Assembly: GCA_043739665.1 (NCBI GenBank)
Contig: JAYUDR010000008.1
Location: 1 to 44,110, forward strand
Length of the DNA stretch: 44,110 bases
DNA from: Chloroflexota bacterium
GTDB lineage: Bacteria > Chloroflexota > Limnocylindria > Limnocylindrales > CSP1-4
Reading direction: 5' to 3'
Made by a program: the position numbers and the translations under genes. This document shows, in pieces, positions 24,743 through 33,320 of the stretch. A model generated the notes under the pieces. It worked only from the letters and a program-made list of their open reading frames with translations, had not been told where the DNA came from and made no database searches. Numbering within the stretch: position 1 is the stretch's first letter; each line of letters begins with the position of its first letter.

Positions 24743-25669
24743 CTACCAGCTGAAGAGACTGTCGAAGAGCGATTGGAACAGCGAGTCGATCGGGCCCAGC
24801 GAAACTGGCCTCTCTCGCACCCGCAGGCTCGCGATTGTGCCGGCCGCGCCGGAGGAGCCCGAAGGCACCGTTGTTGGGGTCGGGTCAGTGGAGATCGGCG
24901 AAGGCGCGGGTGTGGCGCTCGGGACCGGACTGGCGGTGGGCAGCGGAGTGTCGGTTGGGAGCGGGGTGTCGGTCGGGGCGTCCGTCGGCAACGCCGACGC
25001 AGGCGGCAACGGCGTCGGCTGCGGCGTCAAGACCGGGCGAGGCGTCGGTCGAACGGTCGGCTTCGCGGTCGGTCGAGGGGTCGGCTTCGGCGTAGACCCA
25101 GGCGGTGGAGCTGGAACTGTCGCGCCGCACGGAACCGAGAACAGGATGGCGTACAGCTTGCGCCCATCGGCCGCCTGATACGCCCCGACCCCCATGCGCG
25201 CCCAGGAGCCCAGGATGTTGGCCCTGTGGCTGGCAGAGCCCATGAAGGCGATCTCGATCCGGTTCGTGGCGACGTCGTCACTCCACGTACTTAAACCGAT
25301 GTTCTCACCGGCGACTTTGAAGCAGTAGCCGTCACTCTGCATGTACGCGAACACCATCTTGTTGTCCGGCGGAATCTCATGCGAGAAGTAGTTCCTATCG
25401 CCCATGTCCTGGGCCCGCCACTCAGCCTTGGTGTGGAGGTAGGGGTCGTTGACGAGGACGTTGAGTCCGGCCGATGCGCGGTCCTGGTTGGTCAGAGTGA
25501 AGAGCAGTTGCTCGTCGCTCGGGCTGAAGGCTGAGATGCCCCAGGCGAAGGCGGGACTCACTGTGATGGCGAGCAGCACGCAAGCGGCAGCGACTGAGAT
25601 GCCGGCCATTCGCAATCTGCGAAGCGGACGGCGCGCCATGAAGGCAGGTAAGTTCACGAGGCCCAGCAT
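24743..25669 (-). CDS. Secreted CAP/SCP-domain protein (YkwD-like) with a Pro/Thr-rich C-terminal linker
   Basis: Signal-like MARRPLRRLRMAGISVAAACVLLAITVSPAFA. CAP-like NQDRASAGL..., MGDRNYFSHE, GENIG and ASHRANIL. A PTPRPTAKPTVRPTPRP linker follows. The start could be 25669, 25639 or 25609. Confidence 0.75.
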   Translation of the reverse strand: MLGLVNLPAFMARRPLRRLRMAGISVAAACVLLAITVSPAFAWGISAFSPSDEQLLFTLTNQDRASAGLNVLVNDPYLHTKAEWRAQDMGDRNYFSHEIPPDNKMVFAYMQSDGYCFKVAGENIGLSTWSDDVATNRIEIAFMGSASHRANILGSWARMGVGAYQAADGRKLYAILFSVPCGATVPAPPPGSTPKPTPRPTAKPTVRPTPRPVLTPQPTPLPPASALPTDAPTDTPLPTDTPLPTASPVPSATPAPSPISTDPTPTTVPSGSSGAAGTIASLRVRERPVSLGPIDSLFQSLFDSLFSW

Positions 25670-25967
25670 GTTCGGCGATCTGATCCCAACTAACCCTTAA
25701 TTGCGCCAAGAGTAGGTCGAGATTGGTCGTCGCGGCCCCGTCCGCTGGTCCCGTCGAGCGCTGTCAGGAGGTGTACCAAGCTCTAATGCGATTGATTTAG
25801 GACATCGCTGCCCAGCAGTGGCGTGCGGGCCCCCGCCCGGGGCGCCAACCAGCAGCAGGCGAATCGCCCTCGATCGCAATACCCGCGCCGCGGCGCAGCC
25901 GCTATACTCCGCGTCGCCCCATCTAACTGGCGCGGCCGGCTTGGACGCTGCCCTGTGGGGTCGCCGT

Positions 25968-26044
25968 GGTGGCCTTAGCTCAACCGGCAGAGCATCGGAA
26001 TGTGGATCCGAAGGTTATGGGTTCGAAACCCATAGGCCACCCCA
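25968..26044 (+). tRNA. tRNA-His (anticodon GTG) with encoded G-1 and encoded CCA
   Basis: Folded by hand. Acceptor gtggcct/aggccac, D stem gctc/gagc, anticodon stem tcgga/tccga with loop atGTGga (26002-26004), T arm atggg-ttcgaaa-cccat. The extra 5' G at 25968 pairs with C73, and CCA occupies 26042-26044. Confidence 0.95.
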
Positions 26045-26163
26045 ACCTTACTTGTCCAGGCGGCCGCAGACGTACTTGCGGTTGCTTACCCGGGGACGGC
26101 GGTGGTAACCTGCCGGCGCTTCGACTGTCGGGTCCATGATGCCCGCCCGAGGAGGATAAGTAG

Positions 26164-27798
26164 ATGCGGAAGACGGCCGCTGCCGCTCTAGCCCTCCCGG
26201 TTGACGGTCTACGTCGGGCGACTACCTGGCTGCGCCGCTCGGCCCGAATCCAGGGCCTCATGGTGTCGGTCGCCATCGCCCTGGTAGTTGGGGTCCTCCT
26301 GGTCGGCCTGCCGGCCCAGCCCGTTTCCGGGCAGCCCATGCCGACCTTCGCGCCCTTGGCGCCCCAGGCCGACGCTCACAGCCCGGAGAGCAACCTGGCT
26401 CTTGATGTGCCATTCCAGATCCAGTTCACCAAGCCTATGAACGAAGGCTCCGTCGAAGCCGCGTTGAGGATCGACCCAAAGGTCGATGTCGAGTTCAGGT
26501 GGGATGCCACCGGGCAGATGCTCTCGCTGGTGCCGAATCCGCACTGGGAACCCACGACGAACTACCAGATCAGCGTCTCCAACGCGGCCTCGGACCAGGA
26601 GGGTCTGGGCCTATCGACCCCGGTCCAGACGTCGTTCCAGTCAGGTTCGTTGACCGCCGGCACGATCACGGCCACTCGAATGGTCGGAGATCTCTCCTCT
26701 CCCACCACCGCCTTCCAGCTGACCTTCACCCGGCCCGTCAAACTCGGCACGGTGCTGACCGGGCTGGGGATTAACCCTGCGCTTGACGTTGGGATTGTGG
26801 GCGACGACCCCACCGATGTCGCGTCCCAGGTCTTCACGATGACGCCGAAGAAGGCCCTGGACACCGATACGACCTATCTGGTGAGCATGGCCGTGGGCGG
26901 AGTCGACGCCTCCGGGTCGGCTCTCCAGTCCGTAGCCCCGCTCCAGATCCACACCCTGGCCACCCCGACTGTCCAGGCTTTCAAGCCTGCCAGCGGAACC
27001 AAGACCTACGACACCAACCAGCCGATCTCGCTCCGCTTCACCGTTGCGATGGACGAGAAGTCGACCGAGTCGGCCCTCACGGTTCTCGCCAACGGCCGAG
27101 CGGTAGCCGGCAGCACCAGCTGGTCCGAAGAAGACACCGTCCTGGCGTTCGCTCCCCGGCGCTCATTCGCAATCGGCACCTCTGTCACAGTGAAGCTCTC
27201 GGTTACTGCCCGATCATCCGGCGGCCTCCACGTGGCGGCGGCGACGAGCGCCACGTTCCTTGTCTCAACGCCGAGGTCGCGCTCTATCAGCTACACGAGG
27301 TCGAGGATCCCGGTGACTGGCGGCCAGGGGACCTCGAGCGCTCCTTACAAGGACATGGAGCGCTACTACCTCAGCCTGATGAACTGCACGCGGACGGGCA
27401 GTTGGGTCACCTCAAGCGGCGACTGCAGCACACAGACCCGTCATACGCTTCCCGCCCAGGGCGCTCTCGCGCTCGATGACGGCATCAGCAACAACGTTTC
27501 ACGCCCGTACGCAGCCCAGCTGGCCACGTTGGGAATCCTGACTCACAACTTGAACGGCACGACTACCCACGGCAGACTGGCCGCGGCAGGCTACGGTTCC
27601 GGCTCGTGGGGAGAGAACATCGCCTCGCCCGGCAGCGCTTCTGCGGGCGGCATGATCGCCATCGAGACCTTCTTTCAGAGCGAATCTGGCTACCGCGGCG
27701 GCCACTACAGGAACATCATGAACCGCTACTTCCACAGAGCCGGCATCGGCATATGGGTTTCCAATAGCGTCCGGGTGGTAGTCGACTTCTACGGCTGA
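26164..27798 (+). CDS. Secreted or membrane-anchored protein with about three Ig-like (SbsA/Big_5-type) repeats and a C-terminal CAP/SCP domain
   Basis: GAGGAGG lies 8 nt upstream of the ATG. An N-terminal TM/signal segment is present. Repeats of the form ..PFQIQFTKPMNEGSVEAAL.., ..AFQLTFTRPVKLGTV.. and ..ISLRFTVAMDEKSTESAL.. recur. The C-terminus is CAP-like: GENIASPG and GHYRNIMNRYFHRAGIG. Confidence 0.7.
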   Translation: MRKTAAAALALPVDGLRRATTWLRRSARIQGLMVSVAIALVVGVLLVGLPAQPVSGQPMPTFAPLAPQADAHSPESNLALDVPFQIQFTKPMNEGSVEAALRIDPKVDVEFRWDATGQMLSLVPNPHWEPTTNYQISVSNAASDQEGLGLSTPVQTSFQSGSLTAGTITATRMVGDLSSPTTAFQLTFTRPVKLGTVLTGLGINPALDVGIVGDDPTDVASQVFTMTPKKALDTDTTYLVSMAVGGVDASGSALQSVAPLQIHTLATPTVQAFKPASGTKTYDTNQPISLRFTVAMDEKSTESALTVLANGRAVAGSTSWSEEDTVLAFAPRRSFAIGTSVTVKLSVTARSSGGLHVAAATSATFLVSTPRSRSISYTRSRIPVTGGQGTSSAPYKDMERYYLSLMNCTRTGSWVTSSGDCSTQTRHTLPAQGALALDDGISNNVSRPYAAQLATLGILTHNLNGTTTHGRLAAAGYGSGSWGENIASPGSASAGGMIAIETFFQSESGYRGGHYRNIMNRYFHRAGIGIWVSNSVRVVVDFYG

Positions 27799-27884
27799 CG
27801 CTGCCCCAGTCGGATTCGCGCCCGAGTCTATAGGGGCGCGGTCGGCTACGATCGGCAGGTGAGAAGCACTGTCCGGCCAGCCCC

Positions 27885-28634
27885 ATGAGCCCCTTTGAAG
27901 CGGTCGCTATTCTGGGCGCGGGTCTCGCGGCGGGGACGATCAACACCATTGTTGGGTCCGGATCGCTGATCACCTTCCCCACTTTGCTCGCCTTCGGATA
28001 CACCCCACTCGAGGCCAACGTCTCGAACACGGTCGGTCTGGTGCCCGGCTCGTTGAGTGGGGCGGTCGGCTACCGGCGCGAACTGGTTGGGCAGGGGCAG
28101 CGGGCACTCTGGTTGGGCGTCTCGTCCGGCGCCGGCGGGCTAACGGGGGCCCTGCTCCTGCTCGCCTTCCCCGGCGCGTTTGCGGCCATCGTACCGATCC
28201 TAATCGGCGTCGCCCTGGTGCTTGTGGCCGCCGGCCCCAGCCTTTCCAAAGCCCTGGCACAGCATCGCCATGCCGACTCCCACCGATCATGGCCCCTGGC
28301 GGTGACGTTATACGCCACGGCGGTCTACGGCGGCTATTTCGGCGCGGGCATGGGGATCATCATGATCGCCCTGCTGACCATCTTTCTGGCCGATGGCATC
28401 CAGCGCCTAAACGGCCTCAAGAACGTGCTGGCGGCAATGATCAACGGCGTCGCCGCGATTCTGTTCATCGCCGTGGCCCCGGTTCGGTGGGACGTGGCCA
28501 TGCTGATCGCAGCCGGCTCGATAGTCGGTGGCCAGGTTGGGGCACGGGTCGGGCGCAGGCTACCCGCCTCGGCGTTGCGCCTGATCATCATCAGTGTCGG
28601 CCTCGTGGCAGAGGCCCGGCTGCTGCTCGGCTAG
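27885..28634 (+). CDS. Sulfite exporter TauE/SafE family membrane protein
   Basis: AGLAAGTINTIVGSGSLITFPTLL and a second half-repeat YGGYFGAGMGIIMIALL, with 7-8 TM segments. Confidence 0.82.
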   Translation: MSPFEAVAILGAGLAAGTINTIVGSGSLITFPTLLAFGYTPLEANVSNTVGLVPGSLSGAVGYRRELVGQGQRALWLGVSSGAGGLTGALLLLAFPGAFAAIVPILIGVALVLVAAGPSLSKALAQHRHADSHRSWPLAVTLYATAVYGGYFGAGMGIIMIALLTIFLADGIQRLNGLKNVLAAMINGVAAILFIAVAPVRWDVAMLIAAGSIVGGQVGARVGRRLPASALRLIIISVGLVAEARLLLG

Positions 28635-30130
28635 GGCGCCGAAGAGTCCGGCCTGGCCCACTGATCCGGATCTGCCGCGGAGGCCGTGGGATCGTCAATC
28701 GGAGAGGCCTTGGCCACTGGCAGGTTGGGCAGCCGAACCCAGAAGCTGGCGCCACCCTCCGGCCGGTTTACCGCGCCGATGGATCCGCCGTGCTGATCCA
28801 CGATCCACCTCGCAATTGCCAGTCCCAGGCCGGTGCCGCCGGCCGGCGCGTCGTCCGCCCGCCAGAACCGCTCGAAGATTCGCGACAGATCCTGGGGCTT
28901 GATGCCCGGACCCTGATCGTCGACCTGGAGCAAGGCTCCGCCTTGCTGCTGGAGCACGGCTCCACCTTGCGGGAGCGCGCCTACGGACTCCGGCCGTACC
29001 AGGACCGAGACTGTGGACCCGGCGGGACTATGCCGGATGGCGTTGTCGACCAAGATCGTGACCAGCTGGCCGAGTCTGGTTGGGTCACCCGTCACGGGTG
29101 TCGGGAGTGGATCCAGAAGGACACGGACGCCGCGTTCCTGACCCACTGACGAGAGGATTCCAGCCGCCTCCGCCGCAACGTCGCCGAGGTCCAGAGGGAC
29201 GCGCTCGATCTGCACAACCCCCGAGTCCGTCCGGGCCAGAAGCAGCATGTCTTCGACGAGAGCGGTCATGTGCCGGACCTCGGCCTCGATGTCGCCCAAC
29301 GCCTCGCCCACATCCTCGACCTTGCTGCTGCGATTGCGCTTCAGGTCCTCGACGCTTGTCCCGATCACGGTGAGTGGCGACCGTAGCTCGTGGCTGGCGT
29401 TGGCCGCGAACTCGCGCTGCCGCAGGAGAGCGCCTTGCCGCCGTTCGATGGACGCACGGATCGGCACGAGGGCGCGACCCGCGTAGAGGTAGCCGGCGAG
29501 CAGCGCGGCCACGAGAGCGGCGCCGCCGCCCACCAGCAGCACCCAAAACAGGGTGTTGAGGAGGTTGACCTCCTGCGTTCGGTCGGCGCCGGTCTGAACG
29601 ACGAGGACGATCGTTCCCGTTGAATCCGTGACCGGCACGGAGTACACCCGAACGGGCAGACCGCCAGCAAGAGTGGTTTCCCTGACGTCCGTTGCCCCCG
29701 CGAACGCGGCCTTGAAGCCTGCGTGGTCCGGCAAACCAACCAAACGTGGTCCGTACAGCTGTTGCTCCTGGGCGTCCAGGATAAACGGGACAGCGTCATC
29801 GCCAAAGGTCATTTCGTAGGGGCTTTGCGGTGGACGGCCCTGGCCCCTGAGCCGCGCCTGCAACTGGCCGGCGGAACTCGCCAGACGGTTGACGCTGTCG
29901 TTGACGAGAGCGTCCGCGGTGTTGTGATAGATCAGGGCGCCCAGAACGAACAGGATGAGCAACGTCACCAGGCCGCTGACGGCCATGAGCCGGATGCGCG
30001 TTCGGCGCAGCAGCCGTGCGTCCTCTTCGTTGGCTGGGCGCCGCGCCGGAACCTCAGCGACGTCGTCCCGATTGGAGCGGCGCGGCCGCCAGCGCCACGG
30101 CCTGGGTAAATTGGGACGCGGGACGGTCAC
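28631..30130 (-). CDS. Sensor histidine kinase (HisKA plus HATPase_c)
   Basis: H-box NASHELRSPLT, N-box VDNAIRHSP, G1 DDQGPGI and G2 GGTGLGLAIA. Two TM segments flank an extracytoplasmic loop. The GTG start lies 3 nt after the RR stop. Confidence 0.9.
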   Translation of the reverse strand: MTVPRPNLPRPWRWRPRRSNRDDVAEVPARRPANEEDARLLRRTRIRLMAVSGLVTLLILFVLGALIYHNTADALVNDSVNRLASSAGQLQARLRGQGRPPQSPYEMTFGDDAVPFILDAQEQQLYGPRLVGLPDHAGFKAAFAGATDVRETTLAGGLPVRVYSVPVTDSTGTIVLVVQTGADRTQEVNLLNTLFWVLLVGGGAALVAALLAGYLYAGRALVPIRASIERRQGALLRQREFAANASHELRSPLTVIGTSVEDLKRNRSSKVEDVGEALGDIEAEVRHMTALVEDMLLLARTDSGVVQIERVPLDLGDVAAEAAGILSSVGQERGVRVLLDPLPTPVTGDPTRLGQLVTILVDNAIRHSPAGSTVSVLVRPESVGALPQGGAVLQQQGGALLQVDDQGPGIKPQDLSRIFERFWRADDAPAGGTGLGLAIARWIVDQHGGSIGAVNRPEGGASFWVRLPNLPVAKASPIDDPTASAADPDQWARPDSSAP

Positions 30131-30133
30131 TAA

Positions 30134-30805
30134 TCAGCCCTCACGAAGGCGGTAGCCGACGCCGCGGACCGTCTCCACGTGAGCCGCAGCCTCTGCGCCG
30201 AGCTTCTCGCGCAGCAGATGGATGTAGGCCTCAACCGTGTTCGGCGTCAGGGCCACGCCGTAGGGCCAGGCATAGTCGAGCAACTGGTCGCGCGACAGGA
30301 CCTGGCCGGGCCGGCGCAGCAAGCACTCGAGGATCGAGAACTCGCGCTGGCTAAGGTCGACCGACTTGCCCGAAACGGTGACCCGTCGAGTCGTCTCGTC
30401 AAGTTCGATCGGCCCGGCTCTCAGCGACGCCGACTTGCGGGACGGCGGACGCCTTCCGAGGGCCCGTAGTCGAGCCAACAGCTCCTCGTAGGCGAACGGC
30501 TTCACGAGGTAGTCGTCCGCGCCGGCGTCCAGACCCTCGACCCGATCACTGACCGAATCGCGAGCCGTGAGCATAAGGATCGGCACCTGCAGGCCCTTCT
30601 TTCGAAGGACGCGCGCCACTTCGAAGCCGGACCTGTCCGGCAGGCCCACATCTAGTATCAGCGCGTCCAGCTCCAGGCCGGAGGTGGCGATCTCGAGACC
30701 TTCCTCGGCTGTCAGGGCCGTCTCGACGACATGTCGATCCTGGCCCAGCAGCCGCTTGAGGAGCCGGCTGAGACGGGCATCGTCTTCGACGACGAGCAGA
30801 TGCAA
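30134..30805 (-). CDS. OmpR-family response regulator
   Basis: Receiver domain LLVVEDD...ILDVGLPD...LMLTA, with a winged-helix C-terminus. The TTG start is preceded by AGGAG 6 nt upstream. Confidence 0.92.
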   Translation of the reverse strand: MHLLVVEDDARLSRLLKRLLGQDRHVVETALTAEEGLEIATSGLELDALILDVGLPDRSGFEVARVLRKKGLQVPILMLTARDSVSDRVEGLDAGADDYLVKPFAYEELLARLRALGRRPPSRKSASLRAGPIELDETTRRVTVSGKSVDLSQREFSILECLLRRPGQVLSRDQLLDYAWPYGVALTPNTVEAYIHLLREKLGAEAAAHVETVRGVGYRLREG

Positions 30806-30814
30806 GAGATGCTC

Positions 30815-31390
30815 CTATGGCTGAGTGATCAAGACATCCTTGGCGGTCAGAGTACGACCACCGAGGGCGCCCGATGCACTCGGATTCGGGGTCTGGCTGG
30901 CGAGGGCGGCCGTGTCAATCTGAATTGTCACGCTGGTGCCAACCTTAACATCGGTGGAGTTGGCCGCTGCCGCGCTGTGATACGTCGTCGTGCCCGACAG
31001 ATCAATCGTCTCGCTGGTCCCGTTTGCGAGCTGAACAGTAATGCTGGTACCGGACACAGACTGGACGGTGCCACTTACTCCGCCGGTTACCGCACCGAGA
31101 CCGCGCCCGCCGAGGCCGGCGCCGAACTGGCCGGGCTCGAACGTCTGGCCCGGAGCCAGTGACGGGATGGCACGTCCGCCCCCAAAGCCGCCGCGCCCGC
31201 CGGTCGGGTTGGCGGCTGCCGTCGCACCGGGCGCCGTAAGATGACCCAGAGCAAACCCGATTCCGCCGACCGCCACGAAGGCCGCGATAAACAGCAGCGC
31301 CATGGTCGTGCGGTCCTGCTTCTTCGGCTTGATGGGAATCTTCGCCGGCGCGGGCGTGAGAGTGGTCTCATCGCCGATCTGGTATTCCAT
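30815..31390 (-). CDS. Membrane-anchored Gly-rich protein with a DUF5666-like beta domain
   Basis: The ATG at 31390 (MEYQIGDETT...) was chosen. It has a single TM (TMALLFIAAFVAVGGIGFALG), a GGRGGFGGGR-rich linker, and then GTVQSVSGTSITVQLANGTSETIDLSGTTTY...VKVGTSVTIQ. From memory this last part resembles the DUF5666 pattern. Confidence 0.55.
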   Translation of the reverse strand: MEYQIGDETTLTPAPAKIPIKPKKQDRTTMALLFIAAFVAVGGIGFALGHLTAPGATAAANPTGGRGGFGGGRAIPSLAPGQTFEPGQFGAGLGGRGLGAVTGGVSGTVQSVSGTSITVQLANGTSETIDLSGTTTYHSAAAANSTDVKVGTSVTIQIDTAALASQTPNPSASGALGGRTLTAKDVLITQP

Positions 31391-31422
31391 AGTTCGTGAG
31401 CCCCTTTCATTCATTGGAGTGT

Positions 31423-32625
31423 TCACTCGTACCGAAGAGCGACGACGGGATCGAGTCGGGCGGCCTGGCTTGCGGGCCAGACACCGAAGACGACCCCGAC
31501 AAGAAGACTGAATACAACCGATATGACCACGGTCAGCGGGTTGAAAAGGAAGCCCCAACCGGCATAGGCGCCGATGACAAACGAGGCGACCACACCGACG
31601 CCAATACCTATTGCGCCGCCGGCCAGTGAGAGAACCAGGGCCTCGACGAGGAACTGGGCCATGATGTCTCGACCTCGGGCGCCGATAGCCTTGCGGATAC
31701 CGATCTCACGGGTCCTCTCGCGAACCGAGACGAGCATGATGTTCATGATCCCGATCCCGCCTACGAATAGCGAAATCGAGGCGATGCCGGCCAGCAGGAA
31801 CGTCAGGACGTCGCTGACAGAGCTGACCGTGCCGAGCAGCTGGGCCTGCGTAATGATCGAGAAGTCGTCAACGCCCGTGGTGATGCCATGACGCTGCTCG
31901 AGCGTCGTCGTGATCTCAGCCGAGACCGCCGTGATGGCGTCTTGACTCGTGGCCGAGATACCGATTGACGAGACGCTGTTGGCGCCGACAAAGAGTTCGT
32001 GCGTCGTCGAGAGCGGGATCATCACCTGGTCGTCGGCGTTGGCCGAACCGCCTTTGGGCTGAGTGATCCCTACCAGTTCGAACGGGAGTCCGCCGATGTA
32101 GATGGTCGAGCCGACGGCGGTCTCCGTCAGGCCCAGGTTATCCGCGGTGGTTGAGCCAATGACTGCCACTCGCAGGTTGTGATCGACCGAGGCTTGGTTG
32201 AGGAAGTTCCCGGTCCACATCTGGTAGGCGAAGACCTCCAGATAGCCGGGTGTGGTACCGATGATCCGCGCCGTCTCGTTCTGCGTTCCGGCGATGACGA
32301 GCTTGTTGGTTGTCAGCTGCGGTGCGATGGCCTGGATGCCGTCCAGTGCCGCCAGGGCGGTGGCATCGTCGAGAGTCAGTGTCGTCGCCGAGCCGCTGGA
32401 CCCGCGCGTTGCCCCGGTCCGAGTGAAGCCCGGGCTCACCGTCACGAGGTTCGTGCCAAGAGCCTGCAGCCGGTCGCTGATGCCTTTAGTGGCGCCCTGG
32501 GCGACACTCACGAGGGCCACGACCGAAGCCACGCCGATGATGATTCCGAGCATCGTCAGGGCCGTCCGCACCTTGCCGGTCCCCAGACGCGACAGCGCCA
32601 GACGAAAGAGATCTCCGGGTTTCAT
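31423..32625 (-). CDS. MacB-type ABC transporter permease (FtsX domain)
   Basis: LALSRLGTGKVRTALTMLGIIIGVASVVALVSV, then a roughly 220-aa extracytoplasmic domain, then 3 C-terminal TM segments. It overlaps the ATPase gene by 4 nt. Confidence 0.88.
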   Translation of the reverse strand: MKPGDLFRLALSRLGTGKVRTALTMLGIIIGVASVVALVSVAQGATKGISDRLQALGTNLVTVSPGFTRTGATRGSSGSATTLTLDDATALAALDGIQAIAPQLTTNKLVIAGTQNETARIIGTTPGYLEVFAYQMWTGNFLNQASVDHNLRVAVIGSTTADNLGLTETAVGSTIYIGGLPFELVGITQPKGGSANADDQVMIPLSTTHELFVGANSVSSIGISATSQDAITAVSAEITTTLEQRHGITTGVDDFSIITQAQLLGTVSSVSDVLTFLLAGIASISLFVGGIGIMNIMLVSVRERTREIGIRKAIGARGRDIMAQFLVEALVLSLAGGAIGIGVGVVASFVIGAYAGWGFLFNPLTVVISVVFSLLVGVVFGVWPASQAARLDPVVALRYE

Positions 32626-33320
32626 GCCGGCACCGCTTCCTGAAGCTGCCCGTCGCGGAGGTGGACGGCCCTGTCCGCTGCGGCAGCGACGTCCGTGTCA
32701 TGCGTGATGAGGACGATCGTGCGCCCAATGGCATGAAGGTCCCGGAAGAGTTGGAGCACCTCCGCGCCGGAGTGGCTGTCGAGGTTGCCCGTTGGTTCGT
32801 CGGCCAGGATCAGGGCCGGTTCGGTCACCAGAGCGCGGGCAATACCCACACGCTGTTGCTGGCCTCCGGATAGCTCGGATGGCTCGTGGTCCATACGGTC
32901 GCCGAGACCAAGCCGTTCCAAAGCCTTGGCAGCTCGAGCCATGCGCTCCTTCCTGCCCACGCCCTGATACAAGAGTGGAGTGGCCACGTTCTCGAGGGCG
33001 CTGGTGCGGGGCAGAAGGTTGTAGCTCTGAAAGACGAAACCGATCGAACGGCTTCGAATGAGCGCCAGGCCGTCGTCATCGAGCTCCTCGACCGGCTGGC
33101 CGTCGAGGACGTAGCGCCCCGTGGTCGGCCGGTCCAGGCAGCCCAGGATGTTCATCATCGTGGACTTGCCCGATCCGGACGGTCCCACGATCGCGAGAAA
33201 CTCGCCTTTCGCCACCTGGAGGTTGACCTCCTGGAGAGCCGGGACCCGAACCCTGCCCAGGTCGTAGACGCGACTGACGTCCTTGAGTTCGATGATTGGT
33301 TCGACGAAGGCCGCGCTCAT
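32622..33320 (-). CDS. ABC transporter ATP-binding protein (MacB/LolD-type)
   Basis: Walker [10 protein letters not shown], signature [15 protein letters not shown] and Walker [12 protein letters not shown]. Confidence 0.93.
   Translation of the reverse strand: MSAAFVEPIIELKDVSRVYDLGRVRVPALQEVNLQVAKGEFLAIVGPSGSGKSTMMNILGCLDRPTTGRYVLDGQPVEELDDDGLALIRSRSIGFVFQSYNLLPRTSALENVATPLLYQGVGRKERMARAAKALERLGLGDRMDHEPSELSGGQQQRVGIARALVTEPALILADEPTGNLDSHSGAEVLQLFRDLHAIGRTIVLITHDTDVAAAADRAVHLRDGQLQEAVPA

Noticed and set aside
24644-25294. 216-aa plus-strand ORF
   Set aside because: It is antisense to the CAP-domain gene and is composed almost entirely of Arg/Gly.
25968-26163. tRNA-His as an integration hotspot or genomic-island boundary
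   Set aside because: There is no integrase, recombinase or phage gene on either side. I found no downstream direct repeat of the tRNA 3' end (cccataggccac) in the window.
27817-27840. Hairpin cgcgccc/gggcgcg after the Big_5-CAP gene as a terminator
   Set aside because: The stem is 7 bp with a 10-nt loop and no following T-tract. That is too weak to call in GC-rich DNA.
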